This document shows positions 1 through 14,321 of a DNA stretch of 64,000 nucleotides, one piece after another (within the stretch, counting starts at the first letter, position 1; every line of letters begins with the position of its first letter). The position numbers and the translations under genes are program-made. The DNA is from Dicyema japonicum (lineage: Eukaryota; Animalia; Dicyemida), in the NCBI GenBank assembly GCA_011109175.1, contig RDEW01000007.1:1432434-1496433 (forward strand), written 5' to 3'. The notes beneath the pieces were generated by a model. The model had not been told where the DNA came from. It saw nothing but the letters and a program-made list of their open reading frames with translations, and searched no databases.

Positions 1-923
1 AGCGTATGGACGATGCAGAGCCATCTGATTGCATTCCGTTTCTTGATAAGTTCCTCGATGCCCCAAGATAGTTTTTGGGTTGATTATCGGCACTTTAGTA
101 AGGCGTATTTTTAAGTGATATGCAACATCTAGTATTTCTGTTTTTTGAAAAAATTGTTGTTTGAGCTTGTGGTTTTTCGTCGAAAGTGTCTTCTGATTCA
201 CTATGTCTACAAACCTCCTTAAGTTTGTTTGCTTCTCTTTAAGATCGCACGTTTAATGTAAAAATTTAACCATTCTCACAGAGAATATCAATCGCAAAAG
301 ACTCATAAAGACTTTTACTAGAAAATAGACGTTCCCGTCTTAGGTATTGCTCTATCTCTTCATTTTAAAAATGCTGAGACGTAACCTTGCTTATCGGCTT
401 TGAATTTTGTTTACTATAATGATTTCTGGCTCTTCAGCTTTCACTAGGGAACCTAACTCGTGATGCCTCTTCATACAAGTCCAAGATTTATTTCGAGTAA
501 AAGTTTTAGTGATTTTGATCTTTTCAGTGTCCACCGCTTTTTAATCCATATTTGCCTTCAGGTTTGTGATTTATTTGGTAAAAATATATTCCAGCACAAT
601 ATCTCTGATTTGTTACCATTTAGTGTTTCTAAAATATCAATAATTTTATAATCAAAAATATTGAGAATCGATAGTTAAATTGTTTATATTTGAAAAGCCA
701 TAGAGACATGGTGTTTTAAAATTTAAATGAAAACCAATCGGATAGCAGCAATCACGCATGGAATTGATATTTTTTAATCAAATTACTGTAAGTGACCCAC
801 AGTAAGAAAGTATAGTTGGACTAGAACTATAAATAAATTTAGTATGAGTATCGATAATACTCCATTAATTGGCAATTCAAATCGATATCAGCATGTCCAA
901 ATGCCGGTAAATTTCCAAATTAG

Positions 924-2176
<1,253 letters not shown>

Positions 2177-2439
2177 TTAGTTGATTATATTTTCCTAATT
2201 TTTCTGCCTATTAACCTATATTTTCTCACAATGTCACAGTACACCAAGATAGACAGTATAATCTCAAACTCGGTGCTAGTCATTTTGGTACACGATAGAG
2301 TCTCGAAAGGTCACAGCTTCATTAGACCATTTATAAATTGTAGAGATGGGTTGGAAGTGATGGTATACGAAAATTATTAATCCTTGCTGATCAACACCAT
2401 ATAATTGAACCGTCTGAACAGCCATACGCAGCACTTGTT

Positions 2440-4380
2440 GAGTGACACCCAAGTGCCTTTAACGACCACCGGATTCCGCCTTGTCCACGACGATTACCCA
2501 ATCTACTTGTTTCTGACGAGGACGTAAAAGATGGGATTCTCTCTTTCGTCCCGAGCAGTAGTGGAGAACTAGATGGGCTCCGTCCGGGGCACCTCAAAGA
2601 CCTCATTGTGTAACACGGCAATTCTGGTGTCTGGCTCGTGTTGGCTATCACCAAACTATTGAACAGGATGCTATCAGGGACACTACCAGAAACAATTCGG
2701 CACGTAATGTTCGAGAGGGGTGGAATACGCCCTATGCTGTTGGTTTGGTTTTCGTCGGTTGGCCTCAAAACTTGTAATCCTGCTAGAGCAACCACCCAAA
2801 TAGGGGTCGGCACACCCTGGGGGTTGTGAAGCGAAAGTCATGCTGTCCAAACATTCACCGAAATGAACGAGAACATTCCTCACGTAATCGTCAAAATTGA
2901 CATTAAAAATTCCTTCAACATGATACGACGTGATACAATTCTGGAGGATTGCTTCACATACTACCCATCAATGTACAGCTATGTTCATAGCTCCTACGGA
3001 AACCCTACCAGTCTAAACGGCCATCCAAAGGATGTACTGGATTGTTTGAAAAGTCTGATAGTTCAAATAGAATCCCTACGTCTAACTCTAAACACCTCAA
3101 AGTGTGAAGTTATCAATTTTGATTTCCGCAGCCTGATTGGGACTCGATCCTTGCGATGTTCGGAGAGATCATTCCGAAAGCCACAGAAACCAAAGCAGAA
3201 CAACTGGAAAAAATTGGATGCCCTCTTCTGATGCTGGAATCAGTAACACTCTCAGAACAAAAGAACAACAACTAAAAACAAAATTCAGACGTCTGGAGAT
3301 GCCTCCTATTCCTCTGAGAAACGCCTTATCAGCACAGAAATTGAACTACGTTCTTCAGGGGGCACCCTGCTACCTGAAAATGCAACAGCTCGATGCTATC
3401 GATTCCCACTTCCGGACCACTATTGAACGTATCACCAATTAAATTTGACCGAGGGTGGGACCAAGCGACCCTCCCGTTAGCCTGGGTGGACTGGGAATCC
3501 TTTCACCTAAAGATCTGGCTTGCCCCGCGTATCTTTCTCTTGGGCTCCAGACGACTGCTGTCAGGATGATTCCAAAAACAGAATCGTCTGAAGTTACAGA
3601 CATAGAGCATTTGAAAGGGATGATGCCTAGGCAAAAACCGTTACAAAACCATCTGCGAGATAAATATGAAAGGCTTCTGAACCAATCAAACCAACAAAGA
3701 CGTCCTGTCTAGTCACTGGAAATGCAAATAGAGTGGCTCTTTGGTCAATGCCTCCCCGTTGTAGTGTCGGGACCCACTTAACGACGACACTGTCCGCATT
3801 GGCATCTCCACCAGGCTTGGACTGAGATTTGTCAATCTCACAAATGCCGTGTGCGCACCGTCGACTGTTATGGACCATGCCCTCTCGTGTCGAAGAAGTG
3901 CAGGACGATTCCCAAGACACAAGGCGATCAACGGAATTGTCATGCGAGCCCTGGAGTCTGCGAGATACGCCGCCATACTTGAACCTGTCGGCTTGGACAG
4001 AGGAGACGGAAAACGGCCTGACGGATCACAATTTTCCCATTCGAAGAGGGGAAAACTTTGATCTGGGATTACTTGAGTCGACTACCTTTGCCCATCCAAC
4101 ATTGTTGGGAGTGCGGTAGACACACTGCATTCCGGCGAAAAAACGATGAGGGCAATGGAGAAGAAATACGAAGCGCTACGCGACCGATTCGCGTTCTATC
4201 CCATTGTGGTCGAGACAACTGGAGGACTAAGTCGCAAATCACTTCGCTTCCTAAAGAAACTTGGACGCCTAGCTACTCTAAAAAGCCACGACGCACATGA
4301 GACCCGGTGGCTTCTCCAGTTGATCTCTGTTGCAATCGTGAGAGGCAACGCAACGTGATAATGTCGGCGGGGTCCACTAT
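2440..4380 (+). mobile_element. CRE-like non-LTR retrotransposon (RT plus restriction-like endonuclease), degraded and internally deleted
   Basis: Motifs DGLRPGHLKDL, KIDIKNSFN, LGGLGI, RHKAINGIVMRALESA, LEPVGLDRGDGKRPDG and FYPIVVETTGG spread over several broken frames. Confidence 0.85.
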
Positions 4381-4439
4381 TCATTCCTATTCCTTCTTCC
4401 ACGTCTTGAATGGGTAAAAACGCAAGAGCGTCTATCGTT

Positions 4440-5300
4440 GCGCAAAAAATGTTAAAATTAATATTTTTTTATATAGTCTTACTAGATGCAATTTTTGAAT
4501 TTTTCCCTGGTTGACTGTCTTAGATGATAATAAATCCTCTAATATGTATTCGTCTCACAAATACTGCAAGGACAGCTCGAAATACCGAATCTTCAAAGTC
4601 TGCCATTATAGTTTCAAGACAAAACTCCAAATTCAATTATGAATTGCATTTTGAATAGCCTCAAAAAATTCTTGTAAATCTTCCGTGAGTTAGAAGGTAG
4701 TATTCCGTAAATAACTGTAAATGCACTGGTATTGAACTGAATCCAGATAAAATAGATTTGCTTGAAGATACATGGTGCCATGGAGAAATATCCATCATAT
4801 ACCATGATTTTGAATTCGCCAATAACGTTAAATTAGTTTTGGTGCTGAATATTAATATTCTATCGGTTCTTCTATGATTATCATAAATAAAAAATTTTCT
4901 AATTCTGGCCCAAGAGTTAAAGAGGATGGAATATCTCGAAATCGAAAATATTTTTTAGAATAGGTAGAGACAAGCGTTGATTCCTTAGTGTTCGTTTGAA
5001 AGAAACTGCAGAAGGGGGAATAATTCTGGTTGCTGTTTCACATTGAGACGCAACATTTGAATAAATTTGCAAGGGATTTTCTTGACTCGTTTTAGCAATA
5101 AGTTTTGCTTCGTTGCACAATTTCATCAGTTTTATTAGACTTTCGTCAAATTCGTGATTGTGAGAGATTCCTTCTTTGGGAAATTCAAAATTATGATCTG
5201 TTCTTAGGCTTCTTCTGAATCCTTGTGAAGATTTTTTCACACATTTAAAAATTATATAGTTTTTCTGTCACCGAGTGCTTTGTATACATATAAATCTTAA
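4440..5300 (-). mobile_element. Mutator-like (MULE) transposase remnant
   Basis: An HNH (FLYWCH-type finger end) in ORF 4917-5240, followed by YDGYFSMAPCIFKQIY...YGILP, which resembles the MULE 'DGTF..P..F.QLY' catalytic region. Broken by stops. Confidence 0.65.
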
Positions 5301-5399
5301 AATAAATTTTTTTTCTCCTTTGAAGTTGATATTATCTCTATTTTGTCACTTATTTTTGAAATGAAAGATCAACAACAACATGTTACGAATTGGTACTAA

Positions 5400-5800
5400 T
5401 AAGTCTGCCTGTTAGGCCTGGACTCTTCATCCCGGTACCCTTTTTCTGACAATCCATCCTATGTCTATTTCCTGATTCGGATGTCCTCCTTGATCGGCCT
5501 GACAAGTTTGTTCTCTTCCTCCGTCAGGGCTTCTTGTAATTTCTTACCGAGGGCTAGTTTTATCGCCGCCCGCCGTGTTCTCTCCAGTCGGGCGAGAATC
5601 CTTTCGCTCGAAGGGGTGTAGAACCATCCCTCGCTTCCGTAGATCAGTCTGGGAAGAATCACATTCCGGAAGATGAAGAGCATGGAATTGACGTCTAGCT
5701 TCAGTCTTTTAGTGCAGTACAGTACCTGCAAAGCCTTTTTCCTTCGCCCTTCAATGTCCTTCATGTCCTACGGGACATATAATAAAATTGGAACGATACA
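5400..5800 (-). mobile_element. LINE RT C-terminal fragment
   Basis: IFRNVILPRLIYGSEGW...RAAIKLALG is a typical post-RT region of APE-type LINEs. Confidence 0.6.
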
Positions 5801-6229
5801 GCGAAGATTAGCACTTATTTTTGCGGCAAGCACAATATTTAAAATACGCTTAATCATAACCTTGAAATCCGTAAATTGATTAAGTCAAAAAAATTAAACT
5901 AAAACGAAAAAAATCAAGTCAATTTTATTATTACCTTGAAATTCTTTAATTGATTTAGTCAAAGCGATTATATCAAGCGGAACAAAAGTCAAGTCCGTGA
6001 TTTTGTTAGCGGACTTCGAAAAGTGTGACTTATAGAAGCGTTATACTTTATCAGGCTATTGAGGGTGTTTGGCGTTGAGGTAATATAATATTTCCCAGTT
6101 CATAGATTATATCCAGTTTTGGGACATAGTTCCAACGGGGGAATGTATAAGTTGATCAAAATGAGGTGATCTGATCCATTAACGATATCGATCGAAATTT
6201 GTTCAGCTGTTCGATCAGCCTGATAAACT

Positions 6230-6425
6230 AGCGGTACAGGCCCCATCCGAAATCAAACATTTCTCCCGATAGAAGGAGAAGACAGTTACCCCGTCTAGGG
6301 GCTTTCCATCTCCACGATCCAGGCTCAAAGGTTCCAGAGACGCGGGAACCCATCCACCTCAAGAGAGCGCTGTACAATCCCGTGATAGTTGCATGCCTCG
6401 GAACCTGCCTCTGCTGAGGCGGCAT
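6230..6425 (-). mobile_element. CRE-like endonuclease fragment
   Basis: Minus-strand translation across a frameshift gives EPLSLDRGDGKPLDGVTVF, homologous to the EP..LDRGDGKRPDG motif at about 3980-4030. Confidence 0.65.
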
Positions 6426-6719
6426 TAAATCATATTATTTACCTTTAGATGCCATAAATGTCATTTTTTGAAATTTAGATGCCATAAAAAATGGCATACT
6501 CATTACCTTCAAAGAAAAGTTTCAATTGAAAAAAATCTATTTACTTTCAGAGTAAAAACGTTGACAGAATTTTTTCATACTTTGTCAACTACCACATGGT
6601 TTGATCCAAAAAACTTCAAATCCGTATTCTACTATTTCAATAGTGTAGTGAGTATAAGGTCTTTAATCAAAAGAAGCCAAACCAATTTCACAAAGAAGCC
6701 TTCCACGAACCGATATATT

Positions 6720-8230
6720 TATGAAGGAAGATTGTTTTAAAAGTCTACACATTCACTCATGGGAAATGAGCAAGAGGATTCGTTCCTGTGAGAGGGATAG
6801 AAAAAGGCCAAGATTAAACAGGAGAGGAATAACCTCATTTCCATCCCAAGAAAACAGACCCTATCACGAGTATGTGGAATACTCTTCTGGGTTTCACCAA
6901 CTCTGTGAGTACGCATCCTTGTGAAGACCTGGAAAACAAGAACTTTTTAAACAAGACTAATTCTTCGGTGAGTTTTATCAGAAAATTGAGGGTCCTTCCG
7001 TTTCATCAAACTAAAACGTAACCTCACATGGTCTTTCGATGAATGATTCAAAATCAATTTATTCCAGCGGTCCAGATGGAATCCTTATAATGGTATTACA
7101 GAAGATATGCTATCATGGACCTCACCCGATTTTTCAACTTCTCTATCAACAGAGCTCCAACTCTTTCTTGTGGAAATTATCTAATATACGAACAATTTTA
7201 AAACCAGGACTCGAATATCTTTTCTATGTGCCTCTTCAAAACTCTCAATCAGATTAGACCTTACCTTCGGACGTATTTTTCAAATATGGATTTAAGAAGG
7301 GTCACTCTACAACTACTCAACGAAATTCATAAATGAGGGCCTACAATGCAAACCTCAAAAGACCCTTATGATCTCCACTGAAGGCTTTTGACTCGATTTA
7401 AGAAATTACTAGGAAGATCTTTGTATCCAACATTTCTTTGGATTACAAACTTCCTCATAGGACGAAGAGGACGTTCCACATATTACGTCACTAAATCTTT
7501 ACCAAACGAATACCACATGGATCTCTACTGTCACATATTCTCTTCAACCGCTTTATGAGAGATATGTCTTCCCATAGTAGGGACAAAACTCTGGTTGTCG
7601 CTTATGCTGACGACATAATCGCATCAACAAGAAACTAATGTGTTCACACAGCGAGTACCCGCTCACAGGATTTACTGGACAACCTGTTGGCTTATGAGGA
7701 ACCTATTACACACAATCTCTAAAAAGTCATCCACAATGATTTTTACCTCCAAACTCAACTCAAATTTTTTAATCCTTAGTGGAATATCAATCCCCTCCAA
7801 TAACTCTATCAAAATACTAGTGATCACATACGACCCTCTTATGACTTACAGCAAGCAACTTCATGTCCTCCTCCCAACAAAAGCCAAATTTTGTAAAAAC
7901 ACTTATTGGATACTACAAAGGATGTTTATACTCAAAGTTAAGCCACATTTCAACCACGAATAGCTTCTGATGTGCGGGATGGGGCACAAACCTGTCATAT
8001 ATGAACCTAAAGAAAATCAATGTCTTTCAAAAAACAGTCACGGGGCCTACAAAGGTTCTCCTTCTTTCCACTAATGTGAATTCAGTCCGAAGAACATGTG
8101 AGGAGAATGTGAGCCCAATTGAAATCTCCGAAATTCAGAAAAGTATCTCATATAATGCGTCGGTTCAAAGAAGGAACACCGAGAAAGTATGCTTAAGGAT
8201 GCCGGGGTCACCTGTCAGCCAACTTAATGC
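6720..8230 (+). mobile_element. Degraded APE-type LINE (Jockey/L2-group-like) RT region
   Basis: SSGPDGI, KAFDS and VVAYADDI motifs in broken frames. Confidence 0.7.
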
Positions 8231-8309
8231 CTTTAATTTGTCGGTAATTTTTGAGATATAAATAAAACATATGACTACCAAAACTAATTTCAAATTAGAT
8301 TAAGTATAA

Positions 8310-8609
8310 TTAGTGTGAATCCCCGTAACCAAGGAGATGTTCAAGTCCAACGGTGATCATTGTTAATCCAAGTGCCAACGGAAATCCCTTAAACAATGTC
8401 CTTAGAACTGCTCTATGAGGAGGAAGGTAATCCTTTCCGGTGTACCTCCAAACCTCATTCCTCTTATAAAAACAGGCCAAATACCTTATCCAAGGATCCT
8501 TTAATCCCCTTTTCTTTAACATTTCTTGGAGTTTCTCGAGCTCTTTGACTCCTTTAACTTTATATTCTCTCCAATCTGGTACTACGTATGGGGGTTTATC
8601 GCTTCCCAT
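8310..8609 (-). CDS. NDUFB3: NADH dehydrogenase 1 beta subcomplex subunit 3 (B12)
   Basis: After removing a 24-nt GT-AG intron (8461-8484) it reads LKDPWIRNEVWRY, followed by a C-terminal hydrophobic helix. Confidence 0.9.
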   Translation of the reverse strand: MGSDKPPYVVPDWREYKVKGVKELEKLQEMLKKRGLKDPWIRYLACFYKRNEVWRYTGKDYLPPHRAVLRTLFKGFPLALGLTMITVGLEHLLGYGDSH

Positions 8610-8704
8610 TACTAATTACCCACAAAACAACAAATTATAAATTGTTTATTTTTTATTATTTAAAAATATTAAATTAAAATTTTAAATTTTATTTTCTATC
8701 TTGT
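8610..8704. promoter_or_regulatory. Putative bidirectional promoter, 95 nt
   Basis: Very AT-rich spacer between the divergent ATGs of NDUFB3 (8609) and PPP1R11 (8705). Confidence 0.55.
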
Positions 8705-9041
8705 ATGTCTTTTCAGCGTTCCTATACAACTCAAACAACTCAAACAGAAACGGTAATTCTTTGTCTTAGTGGTTTAGGTCCAACCAATACTGGTTCTAAG
8801 GCTAAATACTCAACGTAGACCAAAAAAGGTTAAATGGTCTGATGATACTGTTGACAATGAGGACATGAATAAGAAAAAGTCCAAATGTATATACAGATGG
8901 TAAAATCTAGGCTGCTGTGTTTACGAAAAACGCCGTCTATTTGATGAGTCTTCTTCTGAAGACGAGAGCTCCCACTGCACGGAAAACTGTTGTGGCCATA
9001 AATCCAAGAAAGATTACAGAAAGAATCAGCCGAACCAATAA
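8705..9041 (+). CDS. PPP1R11: Protein phosphatase 1 inhibitor-3
   Basis: Spliced ORF (introns 8753-8777 and 8887-8910) reads LVLRL...[26 protein letters not shown], with the PP1-binding KVxW motif and the KSKCCC signature. Stop at 9039-9041. Confidence 0.92.
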
Positions 9042-9099
9042 CTTTATTATTCTAATTTTATTATTAGTTTTCACATAATTTATCAGCTTGGTTAACCAG

Positions 9100-10870
9100 T
9101 CTTATGGACTCCTTTCCTCTTAGCGAATATCAAGTACCTCCTTCCTCTGCAGTTCAGCACGGAAATCATGCCAGACAGCTTCTCTTTCGTCATAGAAAAA
9201 ATCAGCAACCACCTTTTGAATCAGTTTCATCCAAGGTACTCTCTTTTTCTCAAGTTCTCTTAATTCATGAGATCGTCAGCCGTTTTTAGTTTTCTGCCTA
9301 CGCCTTTTAATTTTTAATTTGACAGAGGTAGAGTTGTCCTAGGCCTTCCTCAATAATTTTTATGTTCCATGAGATATTCCTGGTACGCCCAACTCATCCT
9401 CAAAATGTGACAGTCGCATATCGATCGTCGTATTTTCAATCGAGAGTGGTGTTACATAATTTGTATAATTTTGCGTTAGTGATCCTCATAGTGTATCGTA
9501 TATTGAGTATGATGTGGTGAATCTTCGGTAAGTCCCATGTCCTGCAATTATAAATCATGGTGGATAAAATAAAACATTTTATATCTTTGGCTACTTTCAA
9601 GTTCCAGACCATCTGTGGAGTCTATACGACGTCTGCTGTATACTTTCCTTCTCTGAATTCACTCTGTCGAGGTGATAACAATTTGTTGACTTAATTTTTG
9701 ACGTAATGCGAGAAAGTGTTTTCCATAGGTTGACGATACAATAATTGGTTTTTGTTTACTTGTGGGACCTCTAGGTTTTCCAGGTTTCGGTAGAAGAATT
9801 ACCCAACCTTCCAAGATCAAATTTGTCTTCAAATGCTTTGTAATGTGTGTGAGTAAGAATTTCAGCAATTCTGTAGTCCGAACTTTATTGACTTGCCTGT
9901 GATATTCTCCCTGCCTAGAGGTTTAGTTTTTTTTATCGCTTAAGGAGTTTCCAAGACACACATAAAGGGGATGTTTTGATATCTCTGATATTTTGTCTTC
10001 AGATCCATTAAAGATATCAGAAACTATATTCACCTTTCATTGTCATTCGTTACTGTTCGTCCCAGTTGGTCATGGTTTTTAGCCGTACTCTTTCATCTTT
10101 GTCTAATTAATAACTTTATATCTGGTTTTTAACGTCTCGCAAGTTTATACAAACTTTATAAAGAAAATCGATCACTTTTATGATTACTGGACGTTTAGAG
10201 ACCATCATAAGATCTCGAGTTTCGTATTGTGATTTCTACAAAAAATATATAGATTTGGTTGTATATTTCAATCAGGTTTCCATTTTTTGTCCGTTCTTGA
10301 ACCAATCCAAGTTATGTCTTGTTGACTATTCGTAATAAAGGATCAGCATAATTCAATTAATGACAAACCAGAGGAATTTAGACGGTTCCGAGCATGCGAT
10401 CCAATGCAGGTCCCCTCATTCCGCAATTTACCAACTCTGTCATTCCAATCTCCACCAATAAATGTCCGAAAGTAATTAAAGTGAGTCGTTAATAGAACTC
10501 TCTAAACTCTTCAGTGTCGGCATCAAACCGAACAGTAGTCAGAGCAGAGACATTGATGATAGACAGAATTGGTTTTCGTTCCGATCTTGATTCGCATGAC
10601 TGCAATAAGATCCGAGACAGCCAATACAATCGTCATAAAGATTAAAATGTAATGTCGACAATCATAGAGTAATTAAACAAATTTGTAGTAGAATATGCGG
10701 TCATTTTCGTTTCTTGAAGATAGCAAATACTGAGCCCATCAATCGATAAGTCACGTCCAAGTTGCTGCTTTTTGGTAATCAACTCCAAACCTCCAGCGTT
10801 GAAAGTACTAGGGAGAATGGACAACCAGTAATCAACCGCAAATATTTTCAAAGAGGGACGTCACCACCTC
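9100..10870 (-). mobile_element. Degraded RTE-like LINE related to the 17670-20650 element
   Basis: Matches the intact copy in the APE N-terminus (KKQQLGRDLS...ICYLQETK) and the EGWVILLPKPGK region. Confidence 0.8.
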
Positions 10871-11748
10871 AGTCAAGAACTTATATACCAAATGAAAATT
10901 TTGTACTTTTTGTTTCTACGATTAGTTAAAGTGATCAAAGTGATGCCCAACAAACACTTTTTATGAAGAGAAACCCAAATACCTCTTTGCTTTTCCTAAA
11001 AACGAACTTTAATTAGAGAATTTCTTATATCTTCAGGATGACCCCTTATTTTTTCCTCACTCCAACTCACTTCTTTGAGCTACGGATTTAATCCTCTCTT
11101 GTTTTTCTGCCCGGGCACACTTCATCTTTTTCGATCTCCGAAACCATACACCCTTTTCTCGAATTTTCTTCTGACAACAAGTCACCCACGAGCGATTTGA
11201 AATCATTCTTATTCGCACCTCCTCCCATCTCAGGAACTGTAATGGATGATGCTTTTTGCAAGAATAATTTTGAAAAAAAATCAAGAGTCCTCCAACCAAC
11301 AATGTTGTCCAAAGCCTCATCTAAAACTCAATCCTATTTTAAGCAAAATATTGTGTATTTTATTAGAGACGATTCTATTCGGAGTCTCATTACAACTGAA
11401 GATCTGTGTCCCATAGCAGTACAGATGTGGTGAGCCGATTGACGGTTTTATGGAATTATTTTAAACAACTTCCCTCAGAGCCAATGCCTATTCAGCCGTT
11501 GGGTACCGGGAGTATGTTTCCTCTGTGATACAATGTTTGTTTCTCTTGCTATGAGAACCTCTGGAGCTTTCGAGCACTTGTAATACGATTTTTTTCAGAA
11601 AACCGAGAAACCAAATTCAGGCCACCTATGGGATCTCACAAAGGTAATGTGTCTGGTAGGTAATAATTCCAATTAACTCTATTTGTGTTCTAAGCAATAA
11701 TAGTAAATTAATTGTCAATGTAATGTCATGTTACGTTAGTTAAGCACA

Positions 11749-14297
11749 ATGGTTGATTTGTCAACTGTGTTTAGTGTTGTTATTAAGGTTGAAAATCTCT
11801 TTGGGGCCAGTAGTAATTCATTTGGGTTGGTTGTGTTAGATTAGTCGATTAGAGACATTTTTATACGGTTTGAGCTCACTCCAAAGACGGTTCCTTATTT
11901 AATATCCACATGTAAAGTTTGTCCCCTTGGAAATACAGGTAACTACAGATGGACATGTTTTAGTAATATTTGAGAGATTTCTGAATGACACAATAGAGAC
12001 ATGTGACATTAAAGTAAATCGTGAAGTATCTTCAATAATCGATCATGCATTTGGATTCAATGTTTGTCATCCATTAACAGAGATAATGGTCACAAATATT
12101 ATATAACTACAGAAACATTGGAATGGCTGCATGATTGAGTTTGAATTGATTGTGTCCATGCATATAAGGATTGGTATCTCTTATAGAGAATTTTAGAAAG
12201 TGGAAAGACTAAAGAACTTAATAAAAGAGTCATTTATCTAAAGATGGATGTAGAATCAGTAGAAATCGACAGAAAAGTGTTTTTTGTCCAAAATAAAGGA
12301 ATATTTGGATGTTCTCTGTCAGTCTATTTGTTGCTTTATTGGAACATGTGTATTGAACTCCCAGTACGTTGTGTATAGTGATTATGATTTAAGGTTTATA
12401 GGAGCAAATCTACTTGTATTTTTTACAATCCTGTAAATATATTGTTTAATCACCAGAATGATATTGTTGATGACTCAGATCAACTATTACACAAATTGTT
12501 TGAACTTTTGACACAAACAAATAAAAGCATCACTACAAAGTTGATAAAATACTTAGAAATTGCAAAAAAACACGATCAAGTCAAATCATCGGGTTTTCTT
12601 TAATCTCTAATTGTTTAGAGACCATACGTAACATTAAAACTGGGGATCAGTTGGCAGAGTCGATCACAAGGATGTACTGCGATAACTCAAACCTTTGGGA
12701 GAAACTATTATATTTACTTTTGTGTGATAAAACTGTGAACGAATGGGTAACCAAGAACACCCACTCTAAGCAGGTGGGTCTCTACTTTACTCTAGATGGC
12801 CAGTCTTTTAAATGGGTCATTCTTTTTAGTGAGGTTTCGAACGATTATAATTAGATCCCTTGACGACTTTAATAAAAATGGTCATCCTGTAACCAATTTG
12901 GCAAAATTGTTAAACGGAATGCAATATTTTTGCCTAATTAAGGAAAACTTGACTGTCAAAAAAGATAAATTGTACTTTCGCGACACAATCATAATTCTCG
13001 AAGAGATTTACGTACAAGACGGTTATTTGATAGCCAAATCCTTTAGAAGACATCATCTCATTTTTTACCAGTGAATCAGAATTTGACAACTCTAATTATC
13101 AAAAGTTCTATTTTATTCATTTTTAAGAAAAGTGAACAATTTATACTTAATTTTCCCTCATCTCTTCCCCAAATACACGAAAATGATTTGAATTTGGATA
13201 AGTATTTTATATCAAAATTAATAGGTCATCATTTATCATCAATATATCAAAAAACATCTTAAAATTGATATGTTTGCTCACAGGTTTTCAAAATCACTAT
13301 TTCAGGACTTTCTATAAATATTTCATGCCAAATTCCTTTGGATTCTACCAACATCCCCCAATTCCAAACTCAGATATCCACTTAGTAATCGCACTCCACG
13401 GTCTCAATGGTATCTAAGTCTACGTTACATAAGGCTCACCAAACGACATGAGTCTGATTAAGGCATATTTACAATCTGCAAGTCATTTGAATGACAATCT
13501 GATCTTTTACAGCATCAGAAATCTCAAAAGGGTTTACTTTTAATGAAATTCCACAGAAGGACACTTTCAAAGATATCACATCCGCAGCACAGAGTGTACT
13601 CAACGAAATATTATTTCTTATAACACTATACGACATAAAACCACGTTATATAAGGTATTATGCTATAAGCAGTAGCTTTGTTGGATATTCCATTGGAAAT
13701 ATAATTCTTCGGGTTCTGCTGACTCTCAAAGACTTTCAGCCATTCATTCCACACCTTTACACATTTCTGAGCCTTGCAGGACCTCATCTAGGAATCGAAT
13801 CAGGGAAATCATTCGCCTTGAAAACTGGCATTTATAATATTAATTCTAGCTCTCTGTGTATTTCAGAAAATCAAAAAATCGAAATCTATACAGCAACTAC
13901 TAATCAAAGACGAAAATTATTATAAAGACTGTCTGCTGTATAGATTAAGCATCCACGAGGGTATTTTAATCTAATTTTGATGGATTAACATACTTCAGAC
14001 ATTTGCTACTCGTAAGTATTCCCAATGACATCCAGGTACCTCACTGTTCTGCTAGAATTGAACCATCTTGCGGGAAAGGTGACAATTTAATTTTATTAAG
14101 AACAAATATACGAAAAAATGAGGTCGAACATCGTAAACTCACTGAAAGAAAGCAAAAACTGCAACATTGTTCGATACTCTGTACACTGCACAGATAATTT
14201 CTCTCAGAAATTCTCAACTCACGTGGCTTTTCTAAAGTCAGAGATTGTAATAGAAAAACTATTAGGAATATGTGCTAACAGATTTTTTACAACTTAA
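11749..14297 (+). CDS. FAM135: FAM135-like protein (DUF676 putative lipase domain), multi-exon; 5' boundary tentative
   Basis: SFVGYSIGNIILR...LYTFLSLAGPHLG at about 13670-13800, and C-terminal HVAFLKSEIVIEKLL...TAA at 14295-14297. Many 20-30 nt intron-like breaks. N-terminal exons were not fully resolved. Confidence 0.75.
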
Positions 14298-14321
14298 TTT
14301 GTCAAACTAAATCAAATAGAA

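Noticed and set aside
1-900. Coding or TE remnant upstream of actin
   Set aside because: No recognisable motif in any frame; the 63-68 aa ORFs look spurious.
13660-13710. GYSIG instead of GHSLG in the FAM135 lipase elbow as loss of function
   Set aside because: The nucleophile Ser and both Gly are retained, and an aromatic residue at this position is common in alpha/beta hydrolases.
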